This document shows, one piece after another, positions 51,354 through 61,887 of a stretch of DNA of 64,000 nucleotides. Numbering within the stretch: the first letter of the stretch is position 1; each line of letters begins with the position of its first letter. The DNA comes from Promethearchaeota archaeon (GTDB lineage Archaea > Asgardarchaeota > Lokiarchaeia > Sigyniarchaeales > SOKP01): assembly GCA_019057865.1 (NCBI GenBank), contig JAHLWP010000003.1:148192-212191 (forward strand). Direction: 5' to 3'. Below the pieces are notes generated by a model, which did not search any database, had not been told where the DNA came from, and saw nothing but the letters and a program-made list of their open reading frames with translations. Position numbers and translations under genes: made by a program.

Positions 51354-51428
51354 TTATTTAATAATTAAATATCTTGGACGATACCAAATTTTTCTATTAA
51401 TTTCGGCTTTAAACTCTTTATAATCCAT
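51354..51428 (-). CDS. Putative 24-aa peptide MDYKEFKAEINRKIWYRPRYLIIK
   Basis: GAGGTTAAAAAAATG initiation region, nearly identical to that of the bactofilin gene (GAGGTTAAAAAATATG). Confidence 0.5.
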   Translation of the reverse strand: MDYKEFKAEINRKIWYRPRYLIIK

Positions 51429-51495
51429 TTTTTTAACCTCTTTTTTCATTTTTCTCATTTTTTTGTTTTTTATTTTTTTTTCCTAATTAAAAATT

Positions 51496-51643
51496 ATACA
51501 CACTAGTATTTAAATATTGTGTATTTTGTTGTGTATATTTTTATTAAAAATTTTTGAAAATGATGAATAGAGGGATTCATGATTGGCTCTATTAGTGTGT
51601 AATGGATCATGTATACACTTCTATTAATACACACTGGTACACA
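51496..51643. promoter_or_regulatory. TATA box flanked by clustered TACAC/GTGTA boxes (candidate RHH operator)
   Basis: ATACACA 51496, TATTTAAATA 51507-51516, TGTGTAT 51518 and 51530, and further copies near 51594, 51611, 51627 and 51637. Confidence 0.55.
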
Positions 51644-51777
51644 ACCTATTTTCAAAATTATTTCTGAAATTTGAGAGAAGAAGTTTGGAAAATAGGTTAA
51701 GATGAAATTTCTTTGAATTTTTTAATAATACTTCTGTAAGTAAATTCACTAATCTTTAATATTTTTAATTCTTAATC

Positions 51778-52350
51778 TCAAGGGCATAAATCATATTTGT
51801 TATTTAAATTCTTTAATTCTTCCTTTGGTATGGGATTAAAATAAAGATGAATTTTAACACCACGAACAGGTTCAAGACCTTTGGTACTGGTAATTTGATT
51901 TCTGCTAAGAGTCAATTCTTCTAAACCTTCAAGGGGTTCGAGACCTTTTATTTCACTTATCTTATTTTCACTTAAGATTAAATAATAAATCTTACTAAGC
52001 CCCTCAAGTCCTTTTATCTCTTTAATTTGATTATTTCCTAAATCCAAGAATCTCAAATCTTTTAGGTTTTGAAGTCCTTTTATTTCAGTTATATTATTAT
52101 GGTCTAAATATAGATTCCATAAATTAGTTAAATTGTCAAGATCTTTAATTTCTGTAATTAAATTTGAACTAAGGGATAATCTTTTTAAATTAGTGAGAGC
52201 TCCTAATCCTCCAATCTCAGATATCTTATTTTTTGTTAAATCCAATGTCTTTAAATTTTTTAAATTTTGAAGCCCGTTAATCTGAGTAATCTTATTAAAA
52301 CTTAAATCTAAGAATTCTAAATTAATTATTTTTTCAAGACCTTCTATCTG
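51778..52350 (-). pseudogene. SDS22-type leucine-rich-repeat protein, 5'-truncated
   Basis: The LRR frame extends upstream of TTG 52245 (QIEGLEKIINLEFLDLSFNKITQINGLQNLKNLKTLDL) and begins mid-repeat at about 52350. Confidence 0.75.
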
Positions 52351-52888
52351 GTCCTTCTCTTAAATAATTTCTTGCTTTATATGTCCAAGTATAGCAATCA
52401 GTAACAAACTTATTGTATGATTTAGGTTTCATTCTATTGTCTGATGCATCATTGGTATGGAAATACATTTTAGTCTTAACTAGCATCCCATGACAGGGGA
52501 TATTATTTAATGTTAAATAGGTATAAGATTTGGCTTCAGGATTGTCAGTAGTATCAGGAGCCTCTGTTCCAATATAGAAGATCACTTTTCTTTTTTCTGT
52601 CCAAAAAATTGTGTCATCATCCTTCCACTTGGCACTAGCGATCTGATCTGCTAAAATTGCATCCAAAGCTGCTTCAGCTATCCAGTCGTGAGTACCATAG
52701 CAATATCTATACCAATCCTGAATCTCTGATTCTGTCGCAAAATTTGGATTAAACGTTGCTCTCCTTTCAGGGAAATGACCTTGAATCCTGCCGTTATTGA
52801 AACCTTGAATATCTAGCGCTAAAGGTACTAAAGCTATTAATATTTCAAAGATAATCAAAATTAATAAAAACTTTTTTCTATTCTTCAC
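52334..52888 (-). pseudogene. Secreted zinc-dependent phospholipase C/P1-nuclease-like protein, 3'-truncated
   Basis: Signal peptide, GTHDWIAEAA and GTEAPD. It ends before the expected later His/Asp ligands, running into LRR sequence. Confidence 0.55.
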
Positions 52889-52933
52889 TTTTTTATTTCA
52901 CCTTATTTATTTTTTTTACATTTTTAGATGCCA

Positions 52934-53640
52934 TTATATAAATACCCCCCAACCTTGAGTTCTATGATACCATATAAGTAAGCCTACTATTGATAGCACC
53001 ATTGTACCAACTGAATACATTAAAAGGCACGTCGAAGTTGTTAATGAGCTAGGATCATTACCACGGCCTTTAAAGAAAGACATCATAATTCCCCCTATTG
53101 TTGCCATGACAAACATCTCAATCACTTCTAAAGGTAAGTAAAGTATGTCGTACAAAATCGTGAAATCAAACCCTCCAAAGTTAAACGGAAGCATACTTAG
53201 AAAACCCTGAGCTATAGCGATATAACCTAAATAACGGAACCATAAAGAGAGCTTATCAAGGACCTGTAATACTTGTGAACCACTTTTATCTAAAAAATTG
53301 CCTACTGAAGTAAAGGCAGCACAAACCGAGGCAAATGATAAAGCTACTGATAAACCAAGTATACCGCCAAAATTACCAGATTTCTCATATTCAATAAGCA
53401 TCCATATTGCCATTCCAAGACCAGTTAAAGTCGAAATTAAAGAAATAGCCGAAGAAGCTAAAGAACTATAAGGATTGCTCCCTCTTGACACAATTAACGA
53501 AGTTAAAAACCCACCTAAAGGAAGAATTCCACCTAAGTTTGCTCCAAGGCTAAAGGCATTATACATTGAAAGAAGGCTACCTATATTCCATAACCTTTTA
53601 TTTGAATGCAATGTTGGTAGCGGATTACCCTCACTATCCT
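52934..53640 (-). pseudogene. Gly/Ser-rich multi-helix hydrophobic domain, probably the C-terminal part of a larger gene
   Basis: About 6-7 hydrophobic helices. The frame stays open upstream of TTG 53611 to 53710 with no RBS, colliding with the PIN gene. Confidence 0.5.
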
Positions 53641-54805
53641 TAGTCTCAAATCTGAACTTCCAAATGAAGATAATATCTTCATAGTTGTTGCTTATACTGT
53701 AAATAAAGAATTAGATGAATTGAAACAACGCAAAAAAAGAATTAGAAATTTACAAGGAAAATTGAAAAAATATAAAGATAAAGAATTTTCTACGGGGATT
53801 TTTTTAAAAATAATTATTTATCCAACAAAATGGTCATCATTAGAATCGGATTGGGTAGAAAAACTAGATAAAAATGATGCTGATTGTCGTATTATAGCAG
53901 AAATACTTGTCTTTAGTAAAATTCATCCAGAGGACGATATTTATTTCATAACCGCTGATAATACACCCTATTTTTTAGCAAAAGATTTGGGTATAAATAC
54001 AATTTATTGGACAGATGAAGAATTTAAAGAGATTTTTGAACGTGATGAGTCAAATATAAAAAAACCTAAGATATTAACTGATTTAATTATACATTTTGAA
54101 AATGGTGAAAAAGAAACTAGCATAACTTCTAAAATAGACTTTCCTAGTCTTGAGACCTTTATGGACCAAGAATTTCCTGAGATTTCAGAATTTAAGAATC
54201 AAGAAGAATATGCACTTAATAATGAAGATTTAACTTTAAATCAAATAGAAAAAGAGGGTTTGGAAATAACTAATATTCTAAATTCTTTTTTTTTTAAGGA
54301 TTACGAACAGTTTAGAACAGAAGTTGAAAATTATTATAATGATCTTAAGGAGTATAAAAAGTATAAGGAAATTAAATTTTGTTTATCAAATACAGGAAAT
54401 AAACCTTACAATAACGTAACTATTCAAATATTTACTCCTTTAGAAAAGGGTTTTGATATTAAGTCTAAAAATGAGATTGAAAAACCAGAGAGACCAAAAT
54501 TTGAACGTCGATTTCAATTTCAATTATCACCTACCCTTATGTCCCGTTCAATTCATTATCTTAGAGAATATAACATTAAATATATTGTACCTAAAAAGTC
54601 GGAAGAAAGGGAGAGAAATGATTTATGGGATTTTGGATATACTATAAAAAAAATTCAACATAATATAACATTAAATCTCTATTCTATTATGATTAAATTT
54701 CCAGATGATTTTAAGACGAAAAAAATATATTTTTCTTGTGGGTTTGTTCACGATGAGGAAGGTAAAACGAAAAACCAAAAGTTAAAGTTAAATATAGAAA
54801 TTTAG
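53621..54805 (+). pseudogene. PIN-domain ribonuclease-like protein, 5'-truncated, with a C-terminal beta-rich domain
   Basis: Upstream of TTG 53720 the frame reads IFIVVAYTVNKELDELK; DADCRII and FITADN follow. The first acidic DTN motif is missing (TAG at 53618-53620). Confidence 0.65.
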
Positions 54806-54834
54806 CCCAGAACTAATTATTTCAAGATTATATC

Positions 54835-56907
54835 TTATCTCATTCTTCTTCTTGTTCTGTTTCTCAAATCCCTCAATAAATAATCCATCTTATCTATATC
54901 AAAAAAATATTCACCAAATTTAATTATATATTTATCGCTTTCAATTTCCTCATCTAATTCCCTTACTTTCCTAATAACTATCACTTCCCCTACATTATCT
55001 CTATTATTTTTTCTAAAAATTTCCTCAATTCTAGGAATATCTTTTAAAGAATACAACTCTGATCCCCCATATTCACCCACACTACAAAATATAATCTTAA
55101 GGGTTCTATAATGGGTATACTGGATTATGTTTAATAATTTAGAATAAAAAGGTAAAATTTTGTTAGTGAGGGAAGGAATTACAATATAATCAATCTTATT
55201 TTTTGAAGCCCAGCCTGAAATAACATCACTTAGACGCAAAAAATCACGACATATGAAAATCGATATGTTTCCGATAGATGTTGCGAAAATCTTGATCTTT
55301 GGAAAAATTTTGCATTCAATTTTTTCTTGGATATCTAATGAAGATATATAGACAGGTGTTTGCTTTTCCTGATAATCAATCAAACCTTTATCAATGATAA
55401 ATGCTTGGTTAGTATAATAATTATTATTAGTATTTTTCTTGTGCTCTAAGCCACCTATAATGACTACTTCATGTTCTCTTGAAATTTTTTTAAGGTATGA
55501 GATTTTACTATAAGGAACAGAGTTCTCAGGAAGAACAATCAAATCAGGTTTACCATTATGGTCATCTATAGCCATTGAAAGCATTTCATCAATTTTTGGA
55601 TTTACTCTTGACTCTAAGTTTTGATATATCAACACTTTATCAGTATTTTCCCAGAAATGTTTAATAAAAAACAAAAAATGCTCACTTTTATTAAAATTCA
55701 AATCATCGAATTTTTTAACTCCTTTTAATGAATGAATTTGAAATATATGGATGATTTTTAACGGAAAATCATCAACTTCTCTTGACAGTGTTATTTTTTC
55801 TGGTACCTCTTCAAAAAATAATAAATTTTGCATTGATTTTTGCTTGAAATGTTCCCTGTGGGTTCCAATTGCCAGAATATCTGATTCACTTAAATTACTT
55901 AATTCCATCTTGAAGATTCTAATGTTTTCTTCATAATCAAGTTTTAAATTATAATACTCCATAAATCCAGCACTACCTTGTCTTTTCATGGCAGAATATT
56001 GAACAATTCTCTGAGCATATTTGCTTTGGAGTGCTATATATTTATCATATTTCTGTAGATCAGTTTCATATAACGAAATTTTCCTCAAATTTGTTAAATC
56101 TTCTAAGTTTTTAATTTCTTTAATCGGATTATAATCAAAATATAAATGAAGTAAATCTTTTAAATTCTCTAAATTTTGTATTTCTTCTATAAAATTCTGT
56201 TCTAAGTGTAAAGATCTAAGATTAATTAACTTTTCTACTCCACTTATCTCCTTAATTCTATTTTTTGAAAGATTAAGCCATTCCAAATTTATTAAGGTTT
56301 CTAAATTTTCAATCTTCTTAATATTATTAGATGAGAAATCTAAATCTGTTAAATGAACTAAAGATTCTATATTTTCAATTCGTCCTATATTATTCTCTCC
56401 CAACCAGAGTTTATTTAAGGAAGTTAATTCTTCAATGTTTTCAATTATTTTTATTTTGTTGTTAAAAAGCATTAACTCTTGTAGATTTCTAAGGTTTTCT
56501 ATTTCCTCTATTCGTTCAATCTCATTATGTGCTAGGTATAACCACTCTAAATTAACTAAGTGTGAGATATTTTTTATCTGTGATATTTTATTTCCTGAGA
56601 TTGCAAGTTCTTTTAAATTAACCAAACGGTCAAGATTTTTAATTTCTGTAATATTATTATAAGAGAGAACTAAATCTTCTAAATTAATTAAATTTTCTAA
56701 GCTTTTTATTTCAGTTAAATTATTTTTCCATAAAGAGAGAGTCTTTAAATTATAAAGTCTTTCTAAACCAATGATCTCATCTAAGTCTGTTATCCCTCTT
56801 CCTTGAAGGTAAAGGCAATTGTTATCTACAAATATTTTCTCATCATTATATGTTACGAAATTTGTCATCAAACATTTAAGTGATTTTTGACATAATTTTA
56901 AATCCAA
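54835..56907 (-). CDS. SDS22-type LRR array fused to a C-terminal nitrilase/carbon-nitrogen hydrolase domain
   Basis: About 11 LxxLxLxxNxIxxIxxLxxL repeats; PDLIVLPE(E), QEK(K)QTP and IFIC(C)RDF catalytic triad motifs. Confidence 0.85.
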   Translation of the reverse strand: MDLKLCQKSLKCLMTNFVTYNDEKIFVDNNCLYLQGRGITDLDEIIGLERLYNLKTLSLWKNNLTEIKSLENLINLEDLVLSYNNITEIKNLDRLVNLKELAISGNKISQIKNISHLVNLEWLYLAHNEIERIEEIENLRNLQELMLFNNKIKIIENIEELTSLNKLWLGENNIGRIENIESLVHLTDLDFSSNNIKKIENLETLINLEWLNLSKNRIKEISGVEKLINLRSLHLEQNFIEEIQNLENLKDLLHLYFDYNPIKEIKNLEDLTNLRKISLYETDLQKYDKYIALQSKYAQRIVQYSAMKRQGSAGFMEYYNLKLDYEENIRIFKMELSNLSESDILAIGTHREHFKQKSMQNLLFFEEVPEKITLSREVDDFPLKIIHIFQIHSLKGVKKFDDLNFNKSEHFLFFIKHFWENTDKVLIYQNLESRVNPKIDEMLSMAIDDHNGKPDLIVLPENSVPYSKISYLKKISREHEVVIIGGLEHKKNTNNNYYTNQAFIIDKGLIDYQEKQTPVYISSLDIQEKIECKIFPKIKIFATSIGNISIFICRDFLRLSDVISGWASKNKIDYIVIPSLTNKILPFYSKLLNIIQYTHYRTLKIIFCSVGEYGGSELYSLKDIPRIEEIFRKNNRDNVGEVIVIRKVRELDEEIESDKYIIKFGEYFFDIDKMDYLLRDLRNRTRRRMR

Positions 56908-57167
56908 ATCTTAAATAATTTTTATCTAGATTCAGTATATAATTTTTATGCATTCTAATTTGAATTTTTAGAGGTTCAGGAGAAAGGTGATCATATTTTT
57001 GGTTAAGCAATTTCGATGAGATTTTTCCTAGTTATAAATATAATTCATAAATCAGAAATTTTAAGGAATAAAGTAAAGAATGAGTTAGATTATATCTCTC
57101 CTATAGTAGTGTACGGATTTTTACAAGAAAAGATCTTTTATCATAATCCAATTCTGATTCTTTTTAT

Positions 57168-60100
57168 TTAAAAAAAATCCATTAATCTAAATAAGCGTTT
57201 AAGATAGGTGAAATAGACATCCCAGAAATTCTCAAAATTTGTCTTATTAATTTTTGATAAAAACGTATACATAATAAAATCATGTGGAATATAATGTAGA
57301 ATTTTTTTCCTTCTTATAACAAATTGGTTATATAATACTTCCCAACCATAATCAAAACTTTCGCTTTTATCAAGAGTATAAAGTTTTTCAATAGATACGA
57401 ATGGAAACTCATCTTTTGGAGATTTTAATAGAGCTTTTTTGATCTTTATTTCCAAATCCTTAATTATTAGCTTCTCAAATCCCATCTTTTGTTTTTTATT
57501 GATAAAAAATTCAAAAAAAGAAAAAATAAAATCTGTATTGCTTATTTCTGTTACACTCTTATCTTTTCCTTGGTTAATAAAATATTCAAATAATTCTTCC
57601 CAATTTGCAAAAGTAACGTTGTCCAATTCATCTAACTCAGCTAAAATTTTAGGCATATCAACAGAATATTCCCTTTGCTCTGAAAGTTCTTTTTGGTCTA
57701 TTTCTTCAAAAAATGAATTGATTTTTTCAATAAATTTGGGTGGAGTTTTAAGCAATTTTGAGATCTCAGTAAAAAAAGTCTTTGGTACTTTAAGTTCTTC
57801 CCTTAGTTTATGGGAAATAATTTCTCTAGGAATGTATCTATTAATTCCAAGAGTATAATATACACTTTTAGCCAAATTTTGGTCCCATGTCAAAAGAATT
57901 TCATAAAAGCGTTTTTTTACATCAAAGATCCCAGCATGTTCCGCAATTTCTTCTGCAATGTTAAGCATATCACAAACCCTATGAAATATTTTATTGAAAT
58001 TCGAATCTTCTTTAGGAAAGTAGTGAATCATATTTTTGACCATATAAATCAAATTTTCAAGCTGGTAATCTTTTCTTGGATACAACCGGAAACCAAAAAT
58101 TTTCAATTTATCAATAAAGTAATTACGGTTTTCTTCATAAAAACTAGTGTGATCATTTTTTAATATTTCCAATACTTCCAAGATTTCATAAATCGTTGAG
58201 GAAAGATTCCAATAGCCTATTTCCTGAATAGAATAGTTTTCTTTTGCATTTTTAATTACCCATTTGACAAGATCATGATTAATCTCCTTAAAACACTTAT
58301 AAATCCTCCCAATTATTCTAATTTGACTTCTAATATCGTTAAACATGTAATTACTTTGCTTAAAATATTCAAATATTGATATTTGGAACCATTTATAAAG
58401 AAATGTATAAGGTTTAATTTCCTCTATTAAGAAAGATAAGAATCCTGAAAAATCAAAAAAAATTCTTCTCCCACTTTCGTCAATGAAATTCGAACGGTTT
58501 GCATAAAATTCAAACAAAATGGTAATCGAATCTGAGAGTGGTCTTGCTTGTATTAAATCTTTATATTCTTTATCCAATTGAATTGCTAGGTCAAAGAATG
58601 CATACTCCCACTGCATTTTTTTCGCCTTTCTTGTTAAATTTTCATGTACACGATGCATTCCTTTACATAAAACCCAAACCTTTTCTTTATCATATCCAAA
58701 TTTATCATAAAGATTTCGATAGAGAAAAGCCCTGTTTTTAATCCCTTTGTAGTGACCAGAATAGGAATATTCTAACGTGAATCCCACACCCATAAGCTTA
58801 ATAATATCATCTTCAGATAGATTATTGCTGAAATATATCCTGAAAATCTCACTGAGTGTCGAATTATTAAATATTATCTTATAAGTATTATTTTTATTCA
58901 AGAAATTCTCAAAATATTCTTTCCCTCTTATTTTACTTTCTTCATATTTCAGTTTTAAAATAATAATAACCGGATTTTCAAGTTTTATAGAATGGCGTAG
59001 TTCATCTCGATATTTATTTTTGAAAGTCAATTTTTCTGTATCTTTTAATTCCCACTTATCCCGCTCAATTAATTCATTTAATATTTCATATATTATTTCT
59101 AATGATTCTAACATTGAATTTTCTATTAGAAATTCTCCTATCATTAATAAAATTGGATAATAACGCCATCTTTCTCCTTCTAAGAGGTAAGATTTATGTT
59201 TTCCTAAAAGAAATTTTTTATAGTCAGTAATAATTTTGTTGGAATCTTTTTCAAAAATTAAAGCCACTTGTAACCATTTTTTTGTAAATTTTTTATCATA
59301 GTCTGGGTTGTGAGATACCTCAATCCAATTATGACGATTATCTTTAAAATAATCATTAATTAACAAAAAAATGTTGTTTTCTTCCTTTAAAAAGCCCTGA
59401 TCCATCATATAGAGAATATAATCAAGTTTAAATAAAGGAGAGACTTCAACAGAGTTTAAAATATTGGCACAGAGGTATAAAATATGATATTCTGAATTTT
59501 TAAAGACAAGATTTATTAAAAATATGTAATTAGGGTTTGTATCCAACTCATTTATTGCTTGTCTGAGTTCAAATTCTAACTTTAGAAGAATAATCTTGAA
59601 TGTAGTTTCAATTTCATTGTTTTCCATATAATATTCAAGTAAGTTTCCGATATCTTCAATGATATCAGCAAGATTTCTACCTTGTAGCCAGTGAGACAAA
59701 AAATAATTAACGTTAATATCAAAATCCTTGATTCTTTCTGCTTTTTTTAAATAAATTATCTTATTCCAATGTGCATATGAATCTATATTATTTTCATTAC
59801 ACCTGCTTGCTAAATCATTATAAATTTCCTTTTCTTTATCCTTTATCGAGATTCCTCCAAATTTGACGGATTTCTTCTGCAAAAATTGTTTAAAGGAATT
59901 ATGATCAAATAAGATGATATTAGAATATTGTTTAAAAAAGAATTTGAATTTTAAAATAAAGATGTCAACCTGGGTATTTTCTAACCAACTTTGTAACCAC
60001 ATCAAGTCGATAGGTCCATGGATTCTTGAAATTAAACCAGCGATTTTGTTATAATTAGAATCATCTTCAAAACCAAAGGACACCCAATATTTTTCATATA

Positions 60101-61619
60101 TATTATCCCAACCGTTAAAATCCAAATTTTCATTAATCATATGCTTATTATTTCTTAGATCGTCATAACTTTCAAAATTTTCACAGATATGCTTTAAATA
60201 TCGTGGATTTCCTTGAGTTTTGTTTAATAACACCTCTATAATTTCAAATTCTAACGGTGTCTCATTTTTAAAATACTTCATTAGGTATAGTTCGATTTCC
60301 TTTTCTGTGAAGGTGGGTATATGAAATATATTTAATTCCTTGAAATATTCTGACTGTTTATACCAGGGAATTGAATCAAAATGTTGACCGCTTACAAGAA
60401 AGATTATACGGTTAGGTAAAGTGGAAGGTTTTGGCAAATAACTAGTTAAAGGCTTAGCTAACTTTTCCATTTCTTCTTGGGTTACATGATCAATTCCATC
60501 TATTATTATTAGAACCTTTTTTTCTTTTTCCTCAGCCATTTCAGAAAGTTTATATAAATTTTCGATAAATCTCTCATTCACATCTTTAAAAGAAGTACTT
60601 CTAATATAATACCTAAATTGTTCATTTAGATCTTCATAAAAATGGTCTATTTCTCCTCTAGATCTATGACTCAATTCATTAGGATCTCGAAAACAGAGAT
60701 ATTTAAAAATATAACAATTCCTGAAAGTCTTGGTGTTTATTTCAGATTCTAAAAATGTAGATTTTCCTGTACTTGGACCTCCCTGCAAAAACAAATACCC
60801 TTTACTTCTTTTTAAAACTTCTTTAATTAGATTATCTTTCAGGCTCGGAAAAGATATATATTTTTCCTTTTCGACTGGAAAATCGTGAGGATTAGGAGAG
60901 ACACTTAATCCAAATTCTTTTAATAATAATTCTAAAGGAAAGTAACCTTTTTTCTCGGGATTCTTTTTTGTTATTAAAAACCAAGTATAAAAAGATTCAA
61001 TCTTTTTAATTTCTTCTATCGGTCTTGCTCTAGTAGGCATATACCCGAAATTAAAATTAAAGTGATCTAAAAAATTCCACAGTTCATCATTAGAAATACC
61101 AAGATGTTTTGAAAATCTATCAAGAAATTGTTGATTGATATTATCCTCAAGTATTATTTCTTTAGTAATCTTATTGTTTTTGTAAGGTATCCATATTTCA
61201 CGATAAAAAGAAGAGAAAGAAATTTTTTTATTTCTCTCCTTTGGTAAACCGCTTGTACTACTACTGGGATATTTATTAGTAACTAATTCTAATTTTAACT
61301 GATATTCTTTAAAATTCTTTCTCAATATTTTGTATGAGCTATATAACTTTTGAAATAAGGAAAATTCCTTCCCTGTTTTTATCGTGAAAAGAGCTCCTAA
61401 AGTAATTTCATCCCTAGTTTTTGAAGCTTTCGTCTGAATACAATGTAAGATATTATTGTTTAATTCAAAAACAATGTCATCCCAATTCCCAAATTTTTCA
61501 TGTTTTAGGTAAACACCTGTGAGGATGCCTTTCTCTAGATATTTATCAATATAATCACCAAAGACAGTTGCCTCAAAATCATCCCCAATTGCTTGGGAAT
61601 CATCTCCTCTTGAGCTCAA
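57168..61619 (-). CDS. PD-(D/E)xK nuclease-STAND/NACHT ATPase with long helical sensor region (Avs/AVAST-like antiviral protein)
   Basis: GDDFE...WDDIV...IQTK nuclease motif; GGPSTGKST; LIIIDGIDH; GNPRYL; ~900-aa helical C-terminus. Confidence 0.8.
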   Translation of the reverse strand: MSSRGDDSQAIGDDFEATVFGDYIDKYLEKGILTGVYLKHEKFGNWDDIVFELNNNILHCIQTKASKTRDEITLGALFTIKTGKEFSLFQKLYSSYKILRKNFKEYQLKLELVTNKYPSSSTSGLPKERNKKISFSSFYREIWIPYKNNKITKEIILEDNINQQFLDRFSKHLGISNDELWNFLDHFNFNFGYMPTRARPIEEIKKIESFYTWFLITKKNPEKKGYFPLELLLKEFGLSVSPNPHDFPVEKEKYISFPSLKDNLIKEVLKRSKGYLFLQGGPSTGKSTFLESEINTKTFRNCYIFKYLCFRDPNELSHRSRGEIDHFYEDLNEQFRYYIRSTSFKDVNERFIENLYKLSEMAEEKEKKVLIIIDGIDHVTQEEMEKLAKPLTSYLPKPSTLPNRIIFLVSGQHFDSIPWYKQSEYFKELNIFHIPTFTEKEIELYLMKYFKNETPLEFEIIEVLLNKTQGNPRYLKHICENFESYDDLRNNKHMINENLDFNGWDNIYEKYWVSFGFEDDSNYNKIAGLISRIHGPIDLMWLQSWLENTQVDIFILKFKFFFKQYSNIILFDHNSFKQFLQKKSVKFGGISIKDKEKEIYNDLASRCNENNIDSYAHWNKIIYLKKAERIKDFDINVNYFLSHWLQGRNLADIIEDIGNLLEYYMENNEIETTFKIILLKLEFELRQAINELDTNPNYIFLINLVFKNSEYHILYLCANILNSVEVSPLFKLDYILYMMDQGFLKEENNIFLLINDYFKDNRHNWIEVSHNPDYDKKFTKKWLQVALIFEKDSNKIITDYKKFLLGKHKSYLLEGERWRYYPILLMIGEFLIENSMLESLEIIYEILNELIERDKWELKDTEKLTFKNKYRDELRHSIKLENPVIIILKLKYEESKIRGKEYFENFLNKNNTYKIIFNNSTLSEIFRIYFSNNLSEDDIIKLMGVGFTLEYSYSGHYKGIKNRAFLYRNLYDKFGYDKEKVWVLCKGMHRVHENLTRKAKKMQWEYAFFDLAIQLDKEYKDLIQARPLSDSITILFEFYANRSNFIDESGRRIFFDFSGFLSFLIEEIKPYTFLYKWFQISIFEYFKQSNYMFNDIRSQIRIIGRIYKCFKEINHDLVKWVIKNAKENYSIQEIGYWNLSSTIYEILEVLEILKNDHTSFYEENRNYFIDKLKIFGFRLYPRKDYQLENLIYMVKNMIHYFPKEDSNFNKIFHRVCDMLNIAEEIAEHAGIFDVKKRFYEILLTWDQNLAKSVYYTLGINRYIPREIISHKLREELKVPKTFFTEISKLLKTPPKFIEKINSFFEEIDQKELSEQREYSVDMPKILAELDELDNVTFANWEELFEYFINQGKDKSVTEISNTDFIFSFFEFFINKKQKMGFEKLIIKDLEIKIKKALLKSPKDEFPFVSIEKLYTLDKSESFDYGWEVLYNQFVIRRKKILHYIPHDFIMYTFLSKINKTNFENFWDVYFTYLKRLFRLMDFF

Positions 61620-61887
61620 AATTTCTTCTCTCGATTAATTGCTATAGGTTTAATGCTATTATAGTTTTATTTCCTAAAAATATATTTTTATTACAATAGA
61701 GATTAGAAGATACTCTAATTTTAAATTGGAATTTTCATAACTTCACAATTAAAATTATATTCTTGTATGATTTTATTTCTTTCTCGTATTTTACCTATAG
61801 ATGTCATAGTAACACCTCTAATCTCAATTTATATATACTTTCTATAAAATGATATTATTCAAAAAATAAATATTTTCTTGAATTTAC

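Noticed and set aside
51778-56907. LRR repeats as a DGR template/variable repeat pair
   Set aside because: Similarity is at the protein level only; I saw no adenine-specific near-identical DNA pair and no reverse transcriptase.
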